The notes beneath the pieces are model-generated. The model did no database searches. It saw nothing but the letters and a program-made list of their open reading frames with translations, and was not told the origin of the DNA. A stretch of DNA of 20,000 nucleotides from an uncultured virus (IMG/VR IMGVR_UViG_3300046792_000272) (lineage: Duplodnaviria; Heunggongvirae; Uroviricota; Caudoviricetes): IMG/VR virus record IMGVR_UViG_3300046792_000272. One strand, given 5' to 3'. Position numbers and translations under genes: made by a program. Below, piece by piece: positions 8,375 through 15,490 of this stretch (within the stretch, counting starts at the first letter, position 1; each line of letters opens with the position of its first letter).

Positions 8375-8480
8375 AAATCGAAACCCTGGATCGGTTTTTT
8401 TTCACACAGCCCGGACTGCGGGGTGAACGATGCTGCGGTGTCAAAAAACCCGCCATCGCTCACGCTCCTCGGTGGGGGGT
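8375..8480. other. Putative cos / packaging-initiation region
   Basis: Non-coding gap between HNH and terS, the usual cos position in HK97-like phages. Minus strand has T6, A8 and T5 tracts and CACCCCGC in otherwise GC-rich DNA. Confidence 0.55.
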
Positions 8481-8822
8481 TCGTCCGGAATTACAGGACT
8501 TGCATGCCGGCACTAGGTTGTCCAGATCGTCGCTACCACCCTCGACGACCGGCACCAAGTGATCGGCGGTCGTAGCTGCCCGGCCGCAGCCCCAATGACA
8601 CAGTGGGTTGCCCTCGAGGATCTTCGCTCGGTTGCGGCGGTAAGCGGCAGATGTGCCGGTTCGCCGTCCTCTCGCCTTTCGAAAGTCGTACTGCTTGCGG
8701 TTGGTTCGCCGTCGATGTTTCGGCTCGCAGTCGCTACAGCGGAACTGGCGAGGAGAGGCGGGTTTGAAGATGCGGCCGCACTTGATGCCGGGCCTTGGGC
8801 CTGGGCAAATCCTCCTCGCCAT
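8460..8822 (-). CDS. HNH endonuclease (terminase-associated, HK97 gp74-like) with an N-terminal Cys cluster
   Basis: CHWGC...ATTADHLVPVVEGGSDDLDNLVPACKSCN. Directly upstream of terS. Start is ATG 8822 or GTG 8831. Confidence 0.92.
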   Translation of the reverse strand: MARRICPGPRPGIKCGRIFKPASPRQFRCSDCEPKHRRRTNRKQYDFRKARGRRTGTSAAYRRNRAKILEGNPLCHWGCGRAATTADHLVPVVEGGSDDLDNLVPACKSCNSGRTPHRGA

Positions 8823-8840
8823 CAGACCCACACCCTGTGT

Positions 8841-8969
8841 CGCTGACGGCCGGGACTTCCGCCCTGGTCACCCGGCATCTGGGTATCGCCGGTCCGCAAT
8901 ATCCGGCGGTTAAGGATTAGCTTCAAGCCCCATGTCCTATTGGTATGGCGCCTCTTAGACGACGTCAGC
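8841..8969 (-). ncRNA. tRNA-like structured RNA with expanded loops (unannotated)
   Basis: Perfect 7-bp acceptor stem GCTGACG/CGTCAGC plus G discriminator, TC linker, D-stem GTCT/GGAC, anticodon-like stem, extra hairpin CGCCGG/CCGGCG, T-like stem GCCGGG/CCCGGC. Begins 1 nt after the tRNA-Met. Confidence 0.6.
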
Positions 8970-8970
8970 A

Positions 8971-9043
8971 TGGCGCGGGCTGGACTCGAACCAGCGACCT
9001 CCAGGTTATGAGCCTGGCGAGCTACCAACTGCTCCACCGCGCT
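8971..9043 (-). tRNA. tRNA-Met(CAT), initiator-like; CCA not encoded
   Basis: AGCGCGG TG GAGC AGTTGGTA GCTC G CCAGG CTCATAA CCTGG AGGTC GCTGG TTCGAGT CCAGC CCGCGCC A forms a full cloverleaf with a CAT anticodon, a 1:72 mismatch and an A11:U24 pair. Confidence 0.95.
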
Positions 9044-9052
9044 ATGAAGCTT

Positions 9053-9086
9053 CCCGACATCGACGGCAGGGGGTGTCGATGTCGGG
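9053..9086. repeat. Perfect 12-bp inverted repeat with a 10-nt spacer
   Basis: CCCGACATCGAC-ggcagggggt-GTCGATGTCGGG, 9 nt upstream of the tRNA 5' end. Confidence 0.85.
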
Positions 9087-9216
9087 CGGGTTACTACAGG
9101 GAGGTGCTGAGCCGTTTTGGGGCACAGACGATTTAACGCCGATAGATGCCCTTGAGCCGCCTTAGCCTGCGCGGGTCGGCCAGCGAGCGAGATATTCAAC
9201 CCTCCGTCGGACGGAA

Positions 9217-9906
9217 TCACGCCGCCTCGCTCAATTTGCGCTCCAGGCCTTCGACCTGATGCCTGATCTCCTTCACATCGGAGGAGATGTCGATGCCTTT
9301 CCGAATCGCCTCACCCTGGACCCTGCGCAGTTTCTGCGAGACGGACCTGATGTCGCGCTTCGCCAAGCGCTCGGCCTGCACGATGCCGAAGTTGCGGCGA
9401 GCCTGGCGCCCATAGGCCTCCTGCATCGGCGCATCGATTTCCTCGGCGCTGTCGGGCACTGCAAGGCCATAGGAGCGGCTATAGCTGCCATCTGCCCGGG
9501 CAGCCTCGATCGCTTGGCTGGTCGCCTCGATCGGGTCGCCATAGATGTCGAAGGCGGGTTCCTCGGTGGTGACCGGAGGAACGCGCCGCATGAATGCAGG
9601 GCGGAAGTCGCGGGCGACGTACTCGGTGCGGTAGAAGCCGCGCTGCATCCAGGTCACGAGGGTCACTCTGAGATCGAGGTTCTCGACGACCTTCAGCCAG
9701 TCCCCAACCTTCCAATGTGGTTCGAGCGGCCGGACGATCACCGGCATTTCGCCATCCGCGACTGCCCGCTTCTCCTCCTGGGTCAGGCGATCGCTATGCC
9801 TTGTCCACAGCGCGACCTCGCGCTCTCCTCGCTCAAATGCGTGAACAACGTCCCAGGCCCGCCGAGATCCCAGGATTTCGCCAGCCTCCGCGGCGTTCAC
9901 TTCCAC
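9217..9906 (-). CDS. Hypothetical protein (229 aa, C-terminal coiled coil)
   Basis: GAGGA RBS before the GTG, plausible composition, last gene before the non-coding island. No family recognised. Confidence 0.75.
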   Translation of the reverse strand: MEVNAAEAGEILGSRRAWDVVHAFERGEREVALWTRHSDRLTQEEKRAVADGEMPVIVRPLEPHWKVGDWLKVVENLDLRVTLVTWMQRGFYRTEYVARDFRPAFMRRVPPVTTEEPAFDIYGDPIEATSQAIEAARADGSYSRSYGLAVPDSAEEIDAPMQEAYGRQARRNFGIVQAERLAKRDIRSVSQKLRRVQGEAIRKGIDISSDVKEIRHQVEGLERKLSEAA

Positions 9907-10106
9907 GATTCCTCGGCCCTGGTGGCATGAAGAAAATCGAGCCTGCAGCGGCCACCGCGAAGGCCGGTTAGGCGACGGAGGATGCTCAACTGCTCCTTCG
10001 TGCGGGCGTCAGCGAGAGGGCGTTCCTTGTCCGTTGCACCACCGGAGGCAGTGCTCACCGCCGCCCTCTCGCTGACGCCCGCCTTGTCGGGCCCCGCCTC
10101 CGGCAT
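9897..10106 (-). CDS. Hypothetical protein (69 aa)
   Basis: Start overlaps the ParB stop and the ORF fills the gap exactly. Confidence 0.5.
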   Translation of the reverse strand: MPEAGPDKAGVSERAAVSTASGGATDKERPLADARTKEQLSILRRLTGLRGGRCRLDFLHATRAEESWK

Positions 10107-11983
10107 CAGCTGGCCTGGCGCTCCTTCTCCGCTGCCTTCAGCTTCTCGAGCCGCTTCTTGCCCGCCGCGGTGATCGTGTAGGTGGCGACACCATCGCCGT
10201 CATAGCCCTTGAGGAATTTGCGCTCGGATAGATCGCTCAGGAGCTCGTCGAGCTCGGCGACGCTGAGGTACGTGCATGAGAACGAGCATTTGAAGATCTT
10301 TTGCCTGATCTCAACGGCTCCAGCACCATGCTTGGCCCGGCTTTTACCGGCCAGCTCCAGAGCCATGCCTTCGTTGCTCTCGACCTCGATCTTCGCTTCC
10401 TCCGCCCGCTCCCGCTCCCGCTCCTCCATCTCCTTGCGGAGGCTGTCGGGCAGCACGCCGCGCTTTTTCGCGATCTTGAGCGCAAGCGCCGAGAGGCGAC
10501 CGCCGCCATAGGTGCCGCGCGGTTGCCAGCGCGTCCGGTTGGAGTTGGTAACGGCTTTCTCATCGGCGAATACGGCCAGCAGGATCAACCGCACTCCCAT
10601 CGCCAAGACGGCCTCTGGCGTCTTCCCCTTTTCGAGTGCATTGAGCAGATCGGCACCGGCAGACTTGCCGGATCTGTAGGCGACCTTCACCCCGCCGTTT
10701 TTGAGATGGGTCTCGTCCTGGTAGTCGTGATGGCAATAGATGAGCCCACGACCGGCCACAGCCTCGACGTCGGCGCCGATCGCCAGTAGCACCAGCATCC
10801 GCGCCTCCTCAACCGTCAGGTCGGGCTCTCGGAAGGCTTTCTCTGCTCGCTGGCCGAGCTCAAGGTTCGCCGCCCGAGCGGCCTCGCGCTCTGCTTGCTC
10901 CTGTTCGCGCTGGCGCTTTCGCTCAGCCTTTGCCGCCTCCTCAGCTGCAGCCGGATCGCCGTCGTCGCTGGCGCCGGGCTTTGCGGGAGCGTCTCCCTTC
11001 TTCGGCATCTTTTCGAGCTTCTTGATTTTCTCGTCGAGGGATTTGCCGAACTGATCGGCCAGCCAGGCCGCATCGGTGATGTACTCGCGGCCATCGACCT
11101 CGAGCAGGCAGCCGAACGCCTTGGCTGCATCCCTGTCGATATCGCCGCTGCTCAGGTAGCCCTGCGGCCCGACGAATTGGTCTACCTCCTTGGCCAGCGC
11201 GTCCGCGCGGGCGGTCTTGTCCTTCAGCCGCGCGAGATCGTGATTGGAGATGCCATGAAAGCCGAGTTCGCGCACATCGATCGTGCCATAGCCGATTGAG
11301 ACCATGCAACCCGCTGGGGCCTTCTCGTCGGCGCCCGCCATGCCGTCGGCCTCTTCGAGGGCCCGGTCTAGCGCTTCTGCAACTTCGCCGGCGCCTATCG
11401 CCTGCCGGATTTCCGGCACATCTGTGACGGCCTCAGCGAGCATCTCCGCGGCTCTCGGGGCCTGCTCCGCAATCTTCCTTACCTCGCGGAGCGACTCAAG
11501 CGGCAGCGCGCCCGAATTGAAGGCCTCCTGCGCCTTCTCGGGCAGGCCCAAGAGGAGCAGGCGATCGCGCACCCAGCGCTCCGATTTCCCGAGCGCATCG
11601 GCAGCTTTGAGCTGCGTGAAGCCGTGGTCCTCCTGGAGCTTCTTGATCGCCTGGGCCTCAGCGACCGGGTCGAGGTCCTCGCGCTGGATGTTCTCCGTGA
11701 GCGCGGCGAGCAGCTCGGCCCCTTCCAGGTCCATGACCATCGCCGGCATCTCGGCGAGCTTCACATCGAGCGCCGCGGCGTGGCGGCGGTGCCCGGCGAT
11801 CAACTTGTGCTTGCCATCACCGTTCGCCGGCGCCACCAGGATGGGTTGCAGGATGCCCCTGGCCCTGATCGAGACGCAGAGCTCGGCGAAGCTCTCCGAG
11901 CTGGTGTCGATCGCCCCTCGCGGGTTGTCATCGCCAATGGCGATCTTGGAAGTTGGGATCACGGACAGGGTGGGGCTGCTCAT
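10106..11983 (-). CDS. ParB/RepB/Spo0J-family protein with a long C-terminal region ending in a winged helix
   Basis: NPR...ELCVSIRARGILQPILV...LIAGHRR (CTPase arginine patch), ENIQREDLDPVAEA, HTH TQLKAADALGKSERWVRDRL, and C-terminal LDELLSDLSERKFL...YTITAAGKKRL. Confidence 0.92.
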   Translation of the reverse strand: MSSPTLSVIPTSKIAIGDDNPRGAIDTSSESFAELCVSIRARGILQPILVAPANGDGKHKLIAGHRRHAAALDVKLAEMPAMVMDLEGAELLAALTENIQREDLDPVAEAQAIKKLQEDHGFTQLKAADALGKSERWVRDRLLLLGLPEKAQEAFNSGALPLESLREVRKIAEQAPRAAEMLAEAVTDVPEIRQAIGAGEVAEALDRALEEADGMAGADEKAPAGCMVSIGYGTIDVRELGFHGISNHDLARLKDKTARADALAKEVDQFVGPQGYLSSGDIDRDAAKAFGCLLEVDGREYITDAAWLADQFGKSLDEKIKKLEKMPKKGDAPAKPGASDDGDPAAAEEAAKAERKRQREQEQAEREAARAANLELGQRAEKAFREPDLTVEEARMLVLLAIGADVEAVAGRGLIYCHHDYQDETHLKNGGVKVAYRSGKSAGADLLNALEKGKTPEAVLAMGVRLILLAVFADEKAVTNSNRTRWQPRGTYGGGRLSALALKIAKKRGVLPDSLRKEMEERERERAEEAKIEVESNEGMALELAGKSRAKHGAGAVEIRQKIFKCSFSCTYLSVAELDELLSDLSERKFLKGYDGDGVATYTITAAGKKRLEKLKAAEKERQAS

Positions 11984-11999
11984 CGGTGCCTCCTGGCAG

Positions 12000-13742
12000 T
12001 CAGGCCGCTACCTCCACGGCGCGGCGCTCTAGTACGGATTCAGCGAGCTGCTTGATGCGATCGCTGGGGTCTTGTGCGGTCGGTTCGAAGAGCTCGGCCT
12101 TCGGATTGCGGATCGGTTCGCTTTGCATCCGCTTCACGTCGAGAAGCTCGACCAGGCCGGGATCGGATCCCGACTCGGTCAGCAGGTAGTAGCCCACGAC
12201 CGGCTTTTTCTGGCCGGGCCGAGGCAAGCGTCCGAGGCACTGGTCGTGGATCGGCGGCGCCCAGTCGAGCTCGGCGAATACGCCGGTATTGCATGCCTCC
12301 TGCAGCCCATCGAGTCCGGCACCCGAGCGAAGGGACATCAGCAGGACCCGAGCATCGCCCTTGATGAAGACCTCCTCGGCTCTGCGCTTGGCGACGTCGC
12401 TCTCCGAGCCCGTGTACATGATTGGCTTGAACTCCTCGAGGGCCGCATTGAGGATCGCGTAGACGGCGCGGTGCCATGCCCAGACGACGACCTTCTCCTC
12501 GCCTTCGAGGAGCATCCGAACGAAGTCGGCCACATAGGGCGCCTTGGCGACGCCGGTTGCCTGCCGGATCTTGTTGTCGAGATCCCGTTCGGCCGCGAAG
12601 ACCTCCTGCTGGGTGGTGGCCTTGCTCAGGATCAGCTCGGCTAGGGCCTTGGCATCGCTGGTCGCCTCCTCGATCAGATCCGTTTCGGCTTCGATTGTGT
12701 GTGGGATCTTCAGCGCCTGTTCAGGCCGCTCGCGGCCGACCTCCTCCCATGTGCGGTGCAGCAGCAGGCCTTCTTCGTGGAGGTAGGTACCAAGCTCGCG
12801 CGCCCGCACCTTGAGGTGGCCGCCTTCGAACTTCGTGTCGATCTTGTCTCCGCTGGAGACGCCCCACTCGCGGGCGAACTCTTCTCGCTCGCCCAGGCAG
12901 CCCGGGCGGATCACGTCGAGGATGTTGTAGGCCTCACCGCCGAAGTTGAAGACCGGCGTGCCGGACAGCCCCATGCAGAACTTGGCGCCATCGGTGATCT
13001 GCCCTGCCGCCGTCGTCTTCGCCGCCTCGGCGCGGCGCAGCTCCTGGCACTCGTCGAAGATCACCGTTTTGACCTCGCCCGCCAGGTGGTCGGCCCAGCC
13101 GGCGAGCTTCATGTAGGTGCTGATCAGGACGTCGGGGTGATAGCCGTGCATCCCGCGTTTTTTGCTCGGGTCATAGACCGCGCCCGTGCGGATGATGTGG
13201 CTGCGGAGCCAGGGCAGGAGTTCTTCGAGTTGCTTCTGCCACTGGCGGGTGAGGTGGGATTGCACGACGATCAGCGCGGGCAGCGCTTCTGGATTGCGCA
13301 GCATCAGCAGCGAGGTGTAGGTCTTGCCCATCGCGAGCTCGTCGGTGACGATCAGGCCCCCGGTCTTCATCGCCAGCTCGGCGGCCTGGTACTGGTACTC
13401 GTCGACATGGTCGGCCGGCTCCTGCCAGTCGTCGGATTCGCGCTCGCCGGAGAGGATTCGGGTGACCGCCGCCTTGTGGTCGAAGTGCTCGGTCGTGCGC
13501 CGCTCCAGATAGCCGCGGTCCGCGTCGGTCAGCTCTAGGTCCCAGCGCTCGAGGATCCAGGTGATCTCCCGCGCGTTCTCCGGCGTGTCACTGAGAAGGA
13601 CGGAACCGGCGCGCCGGACCTCGACCTTGGGTAGAGCCTTCTTCAGGCGCATCATCACGTCTGGCCGAGCCTTGATCTCCCACTGGGACGGGCCGTTGTC
13701 GGCGAAGGCGGGCGCCAGATGTTTGACGATGCCGAGGTTCAC
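12000..13742 (-). CDS. SNF2-family (SF2) helicase/translocase
   Basis: Motif I DELAMGKT, II IFDECQ, III LSGTP, V SLRSGAGLDGLQ, VI QCLGRLPRPGQ. Confidence 0.92.
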   Translation of the reverse strand: MNLGIVKHLAPAFADNGPSQWEIKARPDVMMRLKKALPKVEVRRAGSVLLSDTPENAREITWILERWDLELTDADRGYLERRTTEHFDHKAAVTRILSGERESDDWQEPADHVDEYQYQAAELAMKTGGLIVTDELAMGKTYTSLLMLRNPEALPALIVVQSHLTRQWQKQLEELLPWLRSHIIRTGAVYDPSKKRGMHGYHPDVLISTYMKLAGWADHLAGEVKTVIFDECQELRRAEAAKTTAAGQITDGAKFCMGLSGTPVFNFGGEAYNILDVIRPGCLGEREEFAREWGVSSGDKIDTKFEGGHLKVRARELGTYLHEEGLLLHRTWEEVGRERPEQALKIPHTIEAETDLIEEATSDAKALAELILSKATTQQEVFAAERDLDNKIRQATGVAKAPYVADFVRMLLEGEEKVVVWAWHRAVYAILNAALEEFKPIMYTGSESDVAKRRAEEVFIKGDARVLLMSLRSGAGLDGLQEACNTGVFAELDWAPPIHDQCLGRLPRPGQKKPVVGYYLLTESGSDPGLVELLDVKRMQSEPIRNPKAELFEPTAQDPSDRIKQLAESVLERRAVEVAA

Positions 13743-14089
13743 AGGCCCGCTGTCGCCAGGGAGATGGTCGTCAGGGGCTTTCCGCCGGCCTCAGCCGGCA
13801 GCCGCTGCCACTTATTGGTGACGAGGACCAGCTGCTCGATCTCGTGGTGCTGGGCATAGCGCTGCAGCTGTTCGAGAACACCGGCAGAGCTGCCGGCGAC
13901 CTTGACCTCGATTCCGATCGTCCCGACCATCAGGTCGATCCGGTCGCGCTCGCTCAAGATCACCTCGCGGTCGACGTCGAGTCCGGTAGTGGCGATCGCC
14001 GCGGCGATGCCCTCCTGCAGCTCGTCCTCATTGGTGTAGTTGAAGCGGTGGCCGCGGATGGCGGCGAGGACCTGGTCGAGGGCGCTCAC
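13739..14089 (-). CDS. PD-(D/E)XK nuclease-family protein
   Basis: NEDELQ...REV...RIDLMV...IEVK...QLQRY, a RecB-type QxxxY motif. Stop overlaps the helicase start. Confidence 0.8.
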   Translation of the reverse strand: MSALDQVLAAIRGHRFNYTNEDELQEGIAAAIATTGLDVDREVILSERDRIDLMVGTIGIEVKVAGSSAGVLEQLQRYAQHHEIEQLVLVTNKWQRLPAEAGGKPLTTISLATAGL

Positions 14090-14349
14090 GCGACCTCCTG
14101 CAGCTGCTCGCGGGCTACCGCCTCAGCCGGCTCGCCGGCGTCGTCGTGGCCGGAGCAGACGAGGTTGAAGCGCCCGGTCGGCATGGTGTCGTCGGCGACG
14201 ATCGGGATCCCCTGGAAGTCGTCCCAGCCCAATCGCTCAACCTCGAAGGGCGCCATGCGGATCTCGACCAGGGGCGAGTCGCAGTTGCCGTTGTGGCGGG
14301 CGATCGCCTTCTGGATCGCCTCGAGGTTGAGGGCGGCGCTGTCGCTCAT
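14086..14349 (-). CDS. Hypothetical protein (87 aa)
   Basis: 4-nt overlaps with both neighbouring genes. Confidence 0.7.
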   Translation of the reverse strand: MSDSAALNLEAIQKAIARHNGNCDSPLVEIRMAPFEVERLGWDDFQGIPIVADDTMPTGRFNLVCSGHDDAGEPAEAVAREQLQEVA

Positions 14350-14771
14350 ATGGCGGGTTCCGCCGCCTCGTAGAGGCCGCCGGCGCGCCGGCGAAGGACG
14401 TTCCTGCGAACGAGGCCTTCGAGGATCAGTCGAGCGGAGGTCGCGTCCCGGATCCCCTCGACGGCATCGGCCACTTCCAAGGCTGTCCGCCCCGAGCCGA
14501 GGCAGGTGACTGCGTCCCTCTCGACTTTGGTGATCGCGCCGGTCTTGGTCAGGCCCGGGGTGTGGTAGCCATCGGCCCAGCGCTCGAGCCGGTGCTTGCG
14601 GGAGAGGTGGGTGATCGCCTGTTCGACCTGATTCTTGGTCGCCTCGGGGATCTGCTCGAGGAGGAGATGGAGGAGGTCCTTGCGCTCGATCGGCTCCCGC
14701 TCGGCCACCAGGTCGACGAGCGCCGAGGCGATCCGTTCGCGCAGCTCAACCTCGGCGCTTCTCTGCTTCAT
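14346..14771 (-). CDS. Putative tandem winged-helix DNA-binding protein (141 aa)
   Basis: Likely start is ATG 14771 (ATGA overlap), not 15107. Two wHTH-like units: IERKDLL...QVEQAITHLSRKHRLER...GY and TALEVADAV...SARLILEGLVRRNVLRR...GLY. Confidence 0.65.
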   Translation of the reverse strand: MKQRSAEVELRERIASALVDLVAEREPIERKDLLHLLLEQIPEATKNQVEQAITHLSRKHRLERWADGYHTPGLTKTGAITKVERDAVTCLGSGRTALEVADAVEGIRDATSARLILEGLVRRNVLRRRAGGLYEAAEPAI

Positions 14772-15022
14772 GGCAGCGTCAGCCCCCCGCTCAGCTCCTC
14801 GAGGATCAGCTTCTTCCCCGGCTCGCCGATGCTGTAGGTGTGCTGGACCACCTCGCCGTTCTCGATGACGACGAAGCTGAGCCTCGCCCCGTTTGCGGTC
14901 CGCTGGCAGCTGGTTGCCTGCGACGGTTGGATGATCTCCTTGGAGATCGGGACCTCCTGCGGGGGTCCGTGGCCCTCGGGTGGGATAGGCGGCTCTCCTC
15001 GGCCGCCATTGGCTGCGCTCAT
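14768..15022 (-). CDS. Hypothetical protein (84 aa)
   Basis: GAAAGGA RBS; ATGA overlap with the next gene. Confidence 0.7.
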   Translation of the reverse strand: MSAANGGRGEPPIPPEGHGPPQEVPISKEIIQPSQATSCQRTANGARLSFVVIENGEVVQHTYSIGEPGKKLILEELSGGLTLP

Positions 15023-15049
15023 GCTGGGGTCCTTTCGTTAGATCGAGGC

Positions 15050-15490
15050 TCAGCCAACGCCGGCCTCCTGCCAGTCGGGGAAGGGGATCTCGTCGGAGCG
15101 TTCCCACCAGCGGTAGCGCCAGCCTTGGAAGCCCCGGATCGAGTCGGGGATGGTCAGGGCCTCGGCGCCGCCACCGCGGATGAAGGCGAAGCCGTTGGCG
15201 TAGGGCTCAGGGTCAACCTCAACTCGAAGGAGAGGCGAATAGCCGCGCAGCTGACCGTGGGCGACGACGTAGACGCGATCGCCGATGGCAATGTCCTTCG
15301 GAGGGTTGCCGCCGAGGTAGAAGTGCCAGCGGGTATCGCCGGACGTGAGCTCGCCGGTCCCTTCGCAGATCTCGCAGGTGCCATAAGGAGGGCAAAAGAA
15401 GCAGGCCCATCGCTCCTGCCCGGGCAACTCGCCCTCGAGGAGCCAGTCAGGCCAGCGCGCCTTCGGGACAGTGACGACGACGTCAGCCAA
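15050..15490 (-). CDS. ASCH/PUA-like protein with an inserted CxxC...CxxCxGxG zinc finger
   Basis: IGDRVYVVAHGQLRGY and IRGFQGWRY resemble PUA/ASCH-like motifs, with CFFCPPYGTCEICEGTG inserted. TTG start. Confidence 0.55.
   Translation of the reverse strand: MADVVVTVPKARWPDWLLEGELPGQERWACFFCPPYGTCEICEGTGELTSGDTRWHFYLGGNPPKDIAIGDRVYVVAHGQLRGYSPLLRVEVDPEPYANGFAFIRGGGAEALTIPDSIRGFQGWRYRWWERSDEIPFPDWQEAGVG

Noticed and set aside
8841..8969. Interpretation as a bacterial Y RNA (YrlA) or tmRNA
   Set aside because: The arm order is that of a normal, non-permuted tRNA, no Ro60/Rsr gene is in the window, and it is far too short for tmRNA. Not excluded without an Rfam search.
8971..9043. tRNA as an attL/attR prophage boundary
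   Set aside because: Phage genes continue on both sides, no partial tRNA duplicate is visible, and the integrase is a serine type located about 9 kb away.
8822..9220. 132-aa minus-strand ORF across the non-coding island
   Set aside because: It overlaps a clear tRNA gene and structured elements and has no protein-like features.
1409..13538. Long plus-strand ORFs (e.g. 1409-2845, 2934-4958, 5604-6440, 7045-7971, 12699-13538)
   Set aside because: They are antisense shadows of well-supported minus-strand genes, expected from high-GC codon bias, and carry no recognisable motifs.
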